Source of the DNA: Desulfobacterales bacterium
Lineage (GTDB): Bacteria; Desulfobacterota; Desulfobacteria; Desulfobacterales; UBA2174
Direction of reading: 5' to 3'
Length of the DNA stretch: 64,000 bases
Assembly (NCBI GenBank): GCA_963668645.2
Contig: CAXXWC010000001.1
Coordinates: 320,001 to 384,000 of the forward strand
The stretch's first letter is position 1, and every line of letters begins with the position of its first letter. The notes under the pieces are model-generated. The model was not told where the DNA came from, did no database searches, and saw only the letters and a list, made by a program, of their open reading frames with translations. Shown one piece after another: positions 10,479 to 19,597 of the stretch. The translations under genes were made by a program, and so were the position numbers.

Positions 10479-10850
10479 ATGGCCAAGCTGGACCGGGTAA
10501 TCGCCGAGGCGCGCCGCTCGCGCAGCGAGCGCGAAGGCGGCTACCGGGAGCAGTCGCTCAAGATTCATCCCTGGGTCTGCGCCCGCTGCGGCCGGGAGTT
10601 CGACCGCACCAACCTGCAAGAGTTGACCGTTCACCACAAGGACCATAACCACGACAACAATCCCGCCGATGGCAGCAACTGGGAAAATCTTTGCATCTAT
10701 TGTCACGAAAATGAACATCGCCGCTACCTCGACCATCTGGCCGGCGGGCAAACGGATACCCAGGATGAGGCGAACCGCCTGACCCACAATCCGTTTGCCG
10801 GCCTGGCGGCCCTTCTGGCAAAGAAGACCGATCCGGACAATGCCCGGTGA
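10479..10850 (+). CDS. yajD: YajD-family HNH nuclease
   Basis: YREQSLKIHPWVCARCGREF...LTVHHKDHNHDNNP.DGSNWE.LC.YCH.NEH. Confidence 0.85.
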   Translation: MAKLDRVIAEARRSRSEREGGYREQSLKIHPWVCARCGREFDRTNLQELTVHHKDHNHDNNPADGSNWENLCIYCHENEHRRYLDHLAGGQTDTQDEANRLTHNPFAGLAALLAKKTDPDNAR

Positions 10851-11111
10851 CCCGCCGGGTCCGAGCACGGCATTCGCCTCTGGATTTGTGGCCTGCAGAA
10901 AATATCCGCAGACGAAAAGATGGGAGCGCCTTCCGGGCGCGTTCTTTAAATCTTAACCCGGCGGTTTTTCACCCACTTTACAACCTACCGTTTTCGCGAA
11001 TATTATTTACACTTAAAAAAATTGTGATTATTTTTTGATTGAATTTTTCCCCCGATTCCGATAAAGGCAGATCTTTGATCGACAGCAAAACAATACTGGG
11101 AGACACAACTT

Positions 11112-11663
11112 ATGATCGAGATTCGCTTGCACGGCAGAGGCGGGCAGGGTGCTGTCACATCGGCCGAGTTGCTGGCCCAGGCGGCCATCCAGGGTGGTAA
11201 ATATGCCCAAGCATTTCCGAGTTTTGGGCCGGAGCGGCGCGGTGCACCGGTGGTGGCTTTCTGTCGCATCAGCGACGAACCGATCCGGCTGCGCACCAAC
11301 ATCTACACCCCCGACCTGGTCCTGGTCCTCGATCCGTCGATCCTGCGGCTGGTCAAGGTCGGTGCCGGCCTCAAGCCGGACGGGATACTGGTGACCAACA
11401 CCAAGTACAGCGCGCTGGAGCTGCGCAAGGAATTAGGTATCACCCACAGCCTGGTGACGGTCAATGCCACGCAAATCGCCCAGGATGAATTGGGACTGCC
11501 CATTACCAACACCACCATGCTCGGAGCGCTGCTCAAAGCCAGGCAAGTCGTGCCGGTCCAATCCCTGATCGGACCGCTGGAAAACCGCTTCGGGCGCATC
11601 GCGGCCAAGAACATCAAGGCGTTTCAGCGCGCTTATGCCGAGGCTGAAATCGATCATCCCTGA
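11112..11663 (+). CDS. porC: 2-oxoacid:ferredoxin oxidoreductase gamma subunit
   Basis: IEIRLHGRGGQGAVT, FGPERRGAPV, NTTMLGA. Confidence 0.92.
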   Translation: MIEIRLHGRGGQGAVTSAELLAQAAIQGGKYAQAFPSFGPERRGAPVVAFCRISDEPIRLRTNIYTPDLVLVLDPSILRLVKVGAGLKPDGILVTNTKYSALELRKELGITHSLVTVNATQIAQDELGLPITNTTMLGALLKARQVVPVQSLIGPLENRFGRIAAKNIKAFQRAYAEAEIDHP

Positions 11664-11710
11664 TCCGGGCCGGGCCGCGGCCATCATCGTTTTGAAAAAG
11701 GAGACCTTCC

Positions 11711-12001
11711 GTGAAATCAGAGGAAGCGCTGAGTTGGAAAGACCTGGAGGTCGGATGCGTCGTCAGCGAACCGGGCAATGCCAGTCAATACCGCACCGGG
11801 GACTGGCGCTCCATGCGGCCGGTGGTCAACCGTGATCACTGCGTCCGTTGCGGCGTCTGCTACATTTTCTGCCCGGACATGGCCATCCGCAAGACGCCGG
11901 AGAGCTACTTTGAGGCGGATTTATACTACTGCAAGGGATGCGGCATCTGTGCGCAGGAGTGCATCACCGGGTGCATCTCGATGGTGCCGGAGGAAGAATA
12001 A
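11711..12001 (+). CDS. porD: 2-oxoacid:ferredoxin oxidoreductase delta subunit (2x[4Fe-4S])
   Basis: TGDWRSMRP, CVRCGVCYIFCP, YCKGCGICAQEC. Confidence 0.92.
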   Translation: MKSEEALSWKDLEVGCVVSEPGNASQYRTGDWRSMRPVVNRDHCVRCGVCYIFCPDMAIRKTPESYFEADLYYCKGCGICAQECITGCISMVPEEE

Positions 12002-13179
12002 TGGGAAAAAGAACCGGAATCGAGGTGTCCATAGCGGCGGCCGAGGCGGTCAGCAGCGCCAACGTGGATGTGATCGCAGCCTACCCCATCACCCCTCAGA
12101 CCCACATCGTGGAGCACCTTTCCGAGTTGGTCAACAACGGTGAGCTGGACGCCGAGTTCATCCCGGTCGAGTCCGAGCACTCGGCCATGAGCGTCTGCTG
12201 CGGATCATCGGCAGCCGGGGCGCGCACCTTCACCTGCACCAGCTCCCAGGGTTTGGCCCTGATGAACGAAATCGTTTTCATCGCCGCCACCCTGCGTCTG
12301 CCCATCGTCATGATCCTGGCCAACCGCAGCCTTTCCGGCCCCTTGAGCATCTGGAACGATCATACGGATGTCATGTCGATCCGCGACTGCGGCTGGATCC
12401 AGGTCTTTGCCGAAAATGGCCAGGAAGTCTATGACCATGTGATGTTCGCCTTCAAGGTGGCCGAAAACCCCAAGGTCTCGATGCCCGTGATCCTCAACAT
12501 GGACGGCTTCATCCTGACCCACGTCATCGAGCCCATCGAGTTCTGGGAGCCCGAGCAGGTGAGCCGCTATCTGCCGCCTTTCCAGCCGGTGAACGCCCTG
12601 GATCCGGACCGGCCCACCACGGTGGGCGCCTTCGGCATGCCGGGCATTTACACCGAGGCCAAAAAGGCGCAGGACATGGCCCTGATCGAGGCCAAGCCGG
12701 AAATCATCAAGGCTTGGGAAGAACTCGGGGAGGTCACCGGTCGCCATTACCAGCCGGTGGAGACCTACCAGGCCGAGGGGGCTGAAACCCTCTTTCTGAC
12801 TATGGGCAGCATCGGCCAGACCGTGGCCATGGCCATCGAGTCTTTACGCGACCAGGGCGAGGCGGTGGGCCTGATCAAGCTGCGTTTGTGGCGCCCCTTT
12901 CCTTTCGAGGAACTGCGCCAGGCGGTGGGCAGCGCCAAGCGGATCATCGTCATCGACCGCGCCATCTCCTACGGTGGAACGGGTGGACCGGTGGCCAGTG
13001 AGATCCGCGCCGCCTTTTACGGCGAGGAGAACATGCCGGTGGTGACCAATTTCATTTGCGGCCTGGCCGGACGGGACGTGACCCCCGACGACTACATCGC
13101 CATGTACCAGCGTACCTGCCAGATGGTCCAGGACCGGGTCCGCCAGGAAGATTATGTCATGTACGGCGTCCGCGAATAA
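12001..13179 (+). CDS. porA: 2-oxoacid:ferredoxin oxidoreductase alpha subunit
   Basis: AYPITPQT, ESEHSAMS, TSSQGLALM, LWRPFP; TAATG overlap with porD. Confidence 0.93.
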   Translation: MGKRTGIEVSIAAAEAVSSANVDVIAAYPITPQTHIVEHLSELVNNGELDAEFIPVESEHSAMSVCCGSSAAGARTFTCTSSQGLALMNEIVFIAATLRLPIVMILANRSLSGPLSIWNDHTDVMSIRDCGWIQVFAENGQEVYDHVMFAFKVAENPKVSMPVILNMDGFILTHVIEPIEFWEPEQVSRYLPPFQPVNALDPDRPTTVGAFGMPGIYTEAKKAQDMALIEAKPEIIKAWEELGEVTGRHYQPVETYQAEGAETLFLTMGSIGQTVAMAIESLRDQGEAVGLIKLRLWRPFPFEELRQAVGSAKRIIVIDRAISYGGTGGPVASEIRAAFYGEENMPVVTNFICGLAGRDVTPDDYIAMYQRTCQMVQDRVRQEDYVMYGVRE

Positions 13180-13233
13180 CCGGATCCGCCCTCTTTTTGG
13201 TTCGCATCCGGCTGAAAAAACGGAGATCGACAC

Positions 13234-14163
13234 ATGGAAGCTTTGAATGTATATGCCGCGCGCCTGCTGGAGAAAAACGAATATTTCAGTCCCGGCCATC
13301 GCGCCTGCCAGGGGTGTGCCGAGGCCCTGGCCGTACGCCTGGTGGCCAAGGCCCTGGGCCGCAACGCGGTAGTGGCCAGCGCCACTGGTTGCATGGAGAT
13401 CATCTCGTCTCCCCTTCCCTTCACCAATTGGCAGGTCCCCTGGATCCACGTGGCCTTTGAAAACGCCGCGGCCGTTTTGTCGGGGGTCGAATCGGCTTTC
13501 AAAGCCCTGGCACGCAAGGGACGCATCAAGGATCGGGGCACGGTCTTTCTCGGCATGGGCGGCGACGGCGCCACCACCGACATCGGGTTCCAGGCCCTTT
13601 CGGGCGCCTTCGAGCGGGGCCATGACTTCGTCTACGTCTGCTACGACAACGAAGCCTACATGAACACCGGAATCCAGCGCTCTTCGTCCACCCCCTTCGG
13701 CGCCAGCACCACCACATCCCCGGCCGGCAAGAAGATCGCCGGCCAGGTGACGTGGAAAAAGAACATGGCCGAGATCGCCGTGGCGCATAACGTCCCTTAT
13801 GTGGCCACGGCCTGCGCCAGCTACCCCTTCGACCTGATGGAAAAGATCCAGAAAGCGGCCAGCACCCCGGGCCCGGCCTACGTTCATATTCTTTCGGTCT
13901 GCCCCACCGGGTGGCGCGTGCCGCCCAACAAGGCCATCTGGATCGGCCGCCTGGCGGTGGAAACCGGCGTCTTTCCCATCTACGAGGTGGTCGACGGCCG
14001 CTACCGCATCACAGTCGATGTCCCCGAACTGCGCCCGGTGGAAGAGTACCTCAAGCCGCAGGGGCGCTTCAGGCATTTGACCCCGGACCTGACCGCCCAG
14101 ATCCAGCAGCGGGTCACCAAGGAATACAAGAAGCTGGTGGCCAAGACAAAGTTTACCTACTAG
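13234..14163 (+). CDS. porB: 2-oxoacid:ferredoxin oxidoreductase beta subunit (TPP binding)
   Basis: GHRACQGC, GGDG...DNEAYMNTGIQRS, CPTGW. Confidence 0.93.
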   Translation: MEALNVYAARLLEKNEYFSPGHRACQGCAEALAVRLVAKALGRNAVVASATGCMEIISSPLPFTNWQVPWIHVAFENAAAVLSGVESAFKALARKGRIKDRGTVFLGMGGDGATTDIGFQALSGAFERGHDFVYVCYDNEAYMNTGIQRSSSTPFGASTTTSPAGKKIAGQVTWKKNMAEIAVAHNVPYVATACASYPFDLMEKIQKAASTPGPAYVHILSVCPTGWRVPPNKAIWIGRLAVETGVFPIYEVVDGRYRITVDVPELRPVEEYLKPQGRFRHLTPDLTAQIQQRVTKEYKKLVAKTKFTY

Positions 14164-14209
14164 CCCGCCGTAAGAAACGGCCGGGGCTATTTTCCCGAGG
14201 GTGCAACGT

Positions 14210-14689
14210 ATGGAAGCCAAAATCGCCCAGATCGTCAGCAAGTATCAATCCAACCCGGGCTTTCTGGTCCCGATCCTCCAGGACGTGCAAAAGACGTTCA
14301 ATTACCTGCCGTGCGAAGCGCTCCAGGAGGTCGGCACGCAACTTGACATTCCCATCAGCCGTATTTTCGAGGTCGCCACCTTTTACAAGGCCTTCAGTCT
14401 CACCCCCCGCGGCCGTCATCAGATAAGCCTATGCATGGGGACCGCCTGCCATGTGCGCGGGGCCGCCATGATCGGCGACGGCATCGAGCGGGTCCTTGAT
14501 ATCAAGGCCGGCCAGACCACTGCGGACCTGGAATTCACCTTCGAGACGGTCAACTGCCTGGGCGCCTGCGCCCTGGGACCGGTCCTGGTCGTGGACGAGG
14601 AATATCACGGACAAATGACCCTGGCCAAGGCCAATAAGATCCTCAAACAGCTGGGGAAAAAGGTAGTCAGCGATGAAGAAGAAGATTGA
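14210..14689 (+). CDS. NuoE/HydC-like [2Fe-2S] subunit
   Basis: VATFYKAF, CMGTACHVRG, VNCLGACALGP. Confidence 0.92.
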   Translation: MEAKIAQIVSKYQSNPGFLVPILQDVQKTFNYLPCEALQEVGTQLDIPISRIFEVATFYKAFSLTPRGRHQISLCMGTACHVRGAAMIGDGIERVLDIKAGQTTADLEFTFETVNCLGACALGPVLVVDEEYHGQMTLAKANKILKQLGKKVVSDEEED

Positions 14690-16529
14690 GTCTCCCGCGG
14701 AGTTGACCCGTCTACAGGCCGAACTCAAAGGCCGAATCGACCCCCAGCAGCCGTGCATCGCCATCTGCGCCGGTACGGGCTGCATGGCTTACGGGACCCA
14801 GAAGATTATCGATCGCTTCAGGGAGGAACTCCAAACCCGGGGCCTGGATGGGAAAATCGTCTTTCGCACCACCGGTTGTCACGGCTTTTGCGAAAAAGGC
14901 CCCATGGTGGTGATCCATCCCGATGGCGTCTTTTACCAGCGCATCGGTATCGATGACGTCCCGGACATCATCGAAAAGACCGTTCTGGGCAAAGAAGTCA
15001 TCGAGCGGCTGCTCTACAAGGATCCAGTGACCAAAAAACGCATCGTGCACGAGCACGAGGTGCCTTTTTACAGCCGCCAGATGCGACTGGTTTTCGGCAA
15101 CAACGGGCTGATCGAACCGACAAGCATCGAGGATTACCTGGCCATCGGCGGCTACAGCGCCCTGGCCAAGGCCATCGCCGGCATGACTCCCCAGGCGGTG
15201 ATCGACGAGGTGATCAGTGCCAAGCTGCGCGGCCGTGGCGGCGGCGGGTTTCCCACCGGCTGGAAATGGGATTCGACCCGCAAGGCCGAAGGCGATCCCA
15301 AATATGTGATCTGCAACGCCGACGAAGGCGACCCGGGCGCCTACATGGACCGCAGCCTCTTGGAAGGCAACCCCCATTCTGTCCTGGAGGGGATGATCAT
15401 CGGGGCCTACGCCATCGGCTCGAGCCAGGGCTACATCTACGTTAGAAACGAATATCCCCTGGCGGTGCAGAATATCACCCTGGCCATTGAAAACGCCCGC
15501 AAGCTCGGGCTTCTCGGCCAGAATATCCTCGGCAGCGACTTTTCCTTCGATATCCTGATCAACCGGGGCGGCGGCGCCTTTGTCTGCGGCGAATCGTCCG
15601 CCCTGTTCGCCTCCATCGAAGGGCGCACCGGAGAGCCGCGCGCCAAGTACGTGCATGCCACCGACCGGGGGCTTTACGACAAGCCCACCAGCCTGAACAA
15701 CGTCGAAACCTGGGCCAACGTGCCGCTGATCATCGGCAGGGGGGCGGACTGGTACGCCGGCATCGGCACCGAGAACAGCAAGGGGACCAAGATCTTTTCC
15801 CTGGTGGGCAAGATCAACAACACCGGCTTGGTGGAAGTCCCCATGGGCATCACCCTGCGGGAGATCGTCTTCGATATCGGCGGCGGCATCCCCAAGGGCC
15901 GCAAATTCAAGGCCGTCCAGACCGGCGGCCCCTCGGGCGGGTGCATCCCCGAGGCCCATCTGGACAGTCCGGTGGATTTCGACGAACTGACCAAACTCGG
16001 CTCCATGATGGGCTCGGGTGGAATGATCGTCATGGATGACCGGACCTGCATGGTGGATGTAGCCAAATACTTTCTGGCCTTTCTCGAAGGCGAGTCCTGC
16101 GGCAAGTGCACCCCCTGCCGCGAAGGGATCCTGCAGATGCGCAAGATCCTCGAACGCATCTGCCAGGGCGAGGGCAAAATGGAAGACCTCGACACCCTGG
16201 AGTGGATGGGCCAAGCCATTGCCGACGGCTCTCTGTGCGCCTTGGGCGGTTCGGCCCCCAACCCGGTACTGACCACCATCCGTTACTTTCGCGACGAATA
16301 CGAAGCCCACATCCGGGACAAAAAATGCCCGGCCGGGGTCTGCAAGGCGCTGATCACTTTCTCGGTGGATCCCGAGACCTGCACCGGATGCCACGCCTGC
16401 GCCCGGGTCTGCCCCACCGAGGCGGCCACCGGCAAGAAGAAGGAAGCGCATTCCATCGATAATGGTAAATGCATCAAATGCGGGGCCTGCTTTGAGGCGT
16501 GCAAATTCGACGCCATCAAGATCGCCTGA
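14673..16529 (+). CDS. NuoF/HydB-like FMN/NAD(P)H-binding subunit with extra N-terminal [2Fe-2S] and C-terminal 2x[4Fe-4S] domains
   Basis: CAGTGC..TGCHGFCEKGP; LRGRGGGGFP; NADEGDPGAYMDRS; GGPSGG; ESCGKCTPCREG; HIRDKKCPAGVC; CTGCHACARVCP and CIKCGACFEAC. Confidence 0.93.
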   Translation: MKKKIESPAELTRLQAELKGRIDPQQPCIAICAGTGCMAYGTQKIIDRFREELQTRGLDGKIVFRTTGCHGFCEKGPMVVIHPDGVFYQRIGIDDVPDIIEKTVLGKEVIERLLYKDPVTKKRIVHEHEVPFYSRQMRLVFGNNGLIEPTSIEDYLAIGGYSALAKAIAGMTPQAVIDEVISAKLRGRGGGGFPTGWKWDSTRKAEGDPKYVICNADEGDPGAYMDRSLLEGNPHSVLEGMIIGAYAIGSSQGYIYVRNEYPLAVQNITLAIENARKLGLLGQNILGSDFSFDILINRGGGAFVCGESSALFASIEGRTGEPRAKYVHATDRGLYDKPTSLNNVETWANVPLIIGRGADWYAGIGTENSKGTKIFSLVGKINNTGLVEVPMGITLREIVFDIGGGIPKGRKFKAVQTGGPSGGCIPEAHLDSPVDFDELTKLGSMMGSGGMIVMDDRTCMVDVAKYFLAFLEGESCGKCTPCREGILQMRKILERICQGEGKMEDLDTLEWMGQAIADGSLCALGGSAPNPVLTTIRYFRDEYEAHIRDKKCPAGVCKALITFSVDPETCTGCHACARVCPTEAATGKKKEAHSIDNGKCIKCGACFEACKFDAIKIA

Positions 16530-16586
16530 GAAGCAGTCAGCCGAGCCGTCATCCACAGCGAGGCGGTTCTATCAAGGGAGAACACG

Positions 16587-17303
16587 ATGTCGGAAATGGT
16601 TACTCTGACAATAGACGGCCGGTCCGTGCAAGCGCCCGCCGGCACCACCATCCTGGAAGCAGCCCGCAGCATCAACATCGATATTCCCGCTCTGTGCAGC
16701 AACCAGGAGCTGACCCCTTACGGTGCGTGCCGCCTGTGCATGGTGGAGATCACCCACGGCAAGCGTACCCGTCTGGTGGCCTCCTGCATCTACGAGGTTC
16801 AGCAAGACCTGGTGGTGCAGACCGAGACCGAACGGGTCAACAACGTACGCCGGCTGGTGATCGAGCTGCTGTTGAGCCGCAATCCCAAGCACCCCCGCCT
16901 GCTGGCCATCGCCGAACGGCTCGGGGTGGAAAAAAGCCGCTTTGACGTCGAAGTCAAGGGCTGCATCCTCTGCGGCCAATGCGTGCGGACCTGCCGCGAG
17001 GTGGTGGGCGTGGCAGCCATCGGCTTCGAGAGCCGCGGCACCCAGCGGCGCATTTCGACGCCGTTCAACGAAGCCCCGCCCGACTGCATCGCCTGCGGGT
17101 CCTGTGCCCAGGTCTGTCCGGTGGACGTCATCCCCTTCAAGGAAGAAAACGGGGTGCGCACCATCTGGAAGACGGACTTCGCCCTGGCCAAGTGCGAAAA
17201 ATGCGGGCGCGAATTTGCGCCGGTACGCCAGCTCGAACACTTCAGCCAAATTACCGGACTGCCGCTGGACCACTTCACCCGGACCTGCGTCCATTGCCGG
17301 TAA
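16587..17303 (+). CDS. Short NuoG/HydA N-terminal-like Fe-S subunit (BamI-like), no catalytic domain
   Basis: IPALC..GACRLC..ASC [2Fe-2S]; CILCGQCVRTC, CIACGSCAQVCP; C-terminal CEKC...CVHC. Confidence 0.88.
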   Translation: MSEMVTLTIDGRSVQAPAGTTILEAARSINIDIPALCSNQELTPYGACRLCMVEITHGKRTRLVASCIYEVQQDLVVQTETERVNNVRRLVIELLLSRNPKHPRLLAIAERLGVEKSRFDVEVKGCILCGQCVRTCREVVGVAAIGFESRGTQRRISTPFNEAPPDCIACGSCAQVCPVDVIPFKEENGVRTIWKTDFALAKCEKCGREFAPVRQLEHFSQITGLPLDHFTRTCVHCR

Positions 17304-17335
17304 CGGAACGGGGCGATCGGGGAAAGGATAGACAC

Positions 17336-17866
17336 ATGACTGCCACGACCGAAGCGCGCATCGAAGCCCTTGAGGTTGCGCTCAACAACGAAAAGCAGGA
17401 AGCCGCCTTCTACCTCAAGCACGCCGAACGGACCACCGATCCGCTGGGAAAAAAGATGTTCCAGACCCTGGCGGCCGACGAAGAGGAACACTACCAGCGC
17501 ATTCAAGTCCTGCACCAGAAGCTCAAGGAGGGGGGAAAGTGGCCGGAAACCCTTCCCCTGACGGTCAAGGGCACCCGGGTGCGCGATGTGCTCAACGCGG
17601 TGGTCGAGGCCGTGGCCCAGGCTCCGGAAGCGCGCACCAGCGACATGGAAGCCGTCCAGATCGCCATCGAATTTGAGGCCAAGGGCGAGGCCTACTACAA
17701 GAAGCTGCGCCAGGCGGCCGACGACCCGGTGGAAAAGGACTTTTACGGCCTGCTCGAAAGCATCGAAAGAGAACATCGCCTGTCGCTGGAAGACACCTAC
17801 GAGTACTTCAAAGATCCCGAAGGGTGGTTCCAGCGCATGGAAAAGCACGGTCTGGACGGGGCCTGA
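17336..17866 (+). CDS. Ferritin-like/rubrerythrin di-iron protein (no rubredoxin domain)
   Basis: Start ATG 17336 after GAAAGGA; two E..FY/YY..ExxH halves (NEKQEAAFY..EEEH; FEAKGEAYY..EREH). Confidence 0.85.
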   Translation: MTATTEARIEALEVALNNEKQEAAFYLKHAERTTDPLGKKMFQTLAADEEEHYQRIQVLHQKLKEGGKWPETLPLTVKGTRVRDVLNAVVEAVAQAPEARTSDMEAVQIAIEFEAKGEAYYKKLRQAADDPVEKDFYGLLESIEREHRLSLEDTYEYFKDPEGWFQRMEKHGLDGA

Positions 17867-17917
17867 AGCGGTCCCTGCCCGCACGGCCCGATCCAAGCGC
17901 AAAATGTTCAAAACAAG

Positions 17918-17975
17918 CGGGGGATGACCTAAGAGGCGTGTTACGTACACCCCTGGGGTCATCCCCCGTTTTTTG
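17918..17975. terminator. Long hairpin between convergent operons, probable intrinsic terminator
   Basis: CGGGGGATGACC...GGTCATCCCCCG followed by a T run. Confidence 0.7.
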
Positions 17976-17986
17976 TTGGAAGCGGG

Positions 17987-18892
17987 CTATTGAATCTCAA
18001 GCACCTTGGCGCCAGGATCGAAGGCGCCGGCCTGGGCGTAAACCGCCTGCGCCTGGTAGGAACTGCGTACGAAGGGGCCGCTGGCCACGGCTGAAAAACC
18101 TACCGAAAGGGCCGTGTCGTGCCAGCCGTCGAAATCTTCGGGCGGCAGATAGCGCACCACGGGAAGATGGGCGCGGCTTGGCTGGAGGTACTGGCCCAGG
18201 GTGAGGATGCGCACCCCGGCGGCAAGCAGATCGTCCATGGCCTTGCGGATCTCGGCGTCGGTTTCCCCCAACCCGAGCATCATCCCCGATTTGGTGGGGA
18301 TTGCCGGATGGGTGGCCTTGCTGCGGGCCAGCAGGCCGAGGGACTGGCGGTAATCGGCTTCGGGCCGCACCGCCGGGTAGAGCCGGGCCACGGTTTCCAG
18401 GTTGTGATTCAATACTTCCGGTCCGGCGTCCAGGACGATTTCCAGTGCCTGCGGATCGCCCTGGAAATCGGGAATCAAAACTTCAATCCCGATACCGGCT
18501 ATCCTCTGTTGCAAGGCCCTGATGGTGGCGGCAAAATGCCCTGCCCCACCGTCGGCCAGATCGTCGCGGGTCACGGATGTGACCACCACGTAGCGCAGCC
18601 CCAGTCGCTCGGCGGCTTCGGCCACGCGCCGGGGCTCGTCCGGATCCGGCGGCCCGGGCTTCCCGTGGGCCACCGCGCAAAAACGGCAGTTGCGCGTACA
18701 GTGTCCGCCGAGAATCAGGAAGGTGGCTGTCTGCCGGGCGAAGCACTCGAAAAGATTGGGGCATTGGGCTTCCTGACAGACGGTGTGCAGCTCTGCCCGG
18801 TGCAGCAGCCCGCGCACCTGCTCGCAGCTCGAACCGCTGGGCAGGCGGCGGCGCAGCCAGGCGGGTTTGGGCAAAAGGGTTTGTGCTCCCAT
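17987..18892 (-). CDS. lipA: Lipoyl synthase
   Basis: CQEAQCPNLFEC, CTRNCRFC, RSSY. Confidence 0.96.
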   Translation of the reverse strand: MGAQTLLPKPAWLRRRLPSGSSCEQVRGLLHRAELHTVCQEAQCPNLFECFARQTATFLILGGHCTRNCRFCAVAHGKPGPPDPDEPRRVAEAAERLGLRYVVVTSVTRDDLADGGAGHFAATIRALQQRIAGIGIEVLIPDFQGDPQALEIVLDAGPEVLNHNLETVARLYPAVRPEADYRQSLGLLARSKATHPAIPTKSGMMLGLGETDAEIRKAMDDLLAAGVRILTLGQYLQPSRAHLPVVRYLPPEDFDGWHDTALSVGFSAVASGPFVRSSYQAQAVYAQAGAFDPGAKVLEIQ

Positions 18893-18899
18893 CGTTTAT

Positions 18900-19565
18900 T
18901 TACTCCAGCCGATCGAGGGGTTCCCAGGTCAGATCCAAAGCCTCGGCCAAATGGGCCGCCAGGGTCTTGCGGGCCGCCTCCATCGTCACCGCCCGGCCCC
19001 CGGAAGCCGCCACCGATGTCATGGCCACCCCGGCCATGCCGCAGGGATTGATCCATTCAAAAGGACCCAGATCCGTGGTCACGTTCAGCGCCAAACCGTG
19101 GAAACTGACCCCGCGGCGCACGGCCAATCCGATGCTTCCCAGCTTGGCGCTACCGACCCAGACCCCGCGATTGCGAGGATCGCGCCCTGCCCGGATGCCG
19201 AACTGCGACGCGGTGCCGATCATGGCGGCCTCCATGGCGGTCACCAGGGCGTCAAGCCCCAGCCGTCTCCGCTGCAAATCGAAAATAAAATAGGCCACTA
19301 GTTGTCCGGGACCGTGATAGGTAACCAGCCCGCCGCGTTCGGCCGCCACCACCTCGATGCCCGCTTGCGCCAATTTTTCGTTCGGCACGCGAATGTCATC
19401 GCGCCCCCCGCGCCGGCCCAGAGTAAAGACGGCAGGGTGTTCGAGAAAAAGCACCAGATCCTGCTCCAGTCGCCCGTCACGGCGCATGGCCACCAGCCGA
19501 TGCTGCAGATCCAGGGCTTCGGCATAAGGTGTCAGAGGCAGATCGAGGCGACAGCAGCGGTTCAT
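18900..19565 (-). CDS. lipB: Octanoyltransferase
   Basis: LEHPAVFTLG, RGGLVTYHGPGQLV, HGLALN, INPCG. Confidence 0.94.
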   Translation of the reverse strand: MNRCCRLDLPLTPYAEALDLQHRLVAMRRDGRLEQDLVLFLEHPAVFTLGRRGGRDDIRVPNEKLAQAGIEVVAAERGGLVTYHGPGQLVAYFIFDLQRRRLGLDALVTAMEAAMIGTASQFGIRAGRDPRNRGVWVGSAKLGSIGLAVRRGVSFHGLALNVTTDLGPFEWINPCGMAGVAMTSVAASGGRAVTMEAARKTLAAHLAEALDLTWEPLDRLE

Positions 19566-19597
19566 GGCGCCGCCTTCAGGTCGTGCGGCGCCATGGT

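Noticed and set aside
14712..16556. Long antisense ORFs (also 12844-14241, 19529-21055, 22388-23779, 26137-27471, 37368-39086)
   Set aside because: Typical stop-poor shadows of high-GC genes that have clear family motifs on the other strand
14210..17303. Respiratory complex I or [FeFe]-hydrogenase
   Set aside because: No membrane nuo genes and no H-cluster domain
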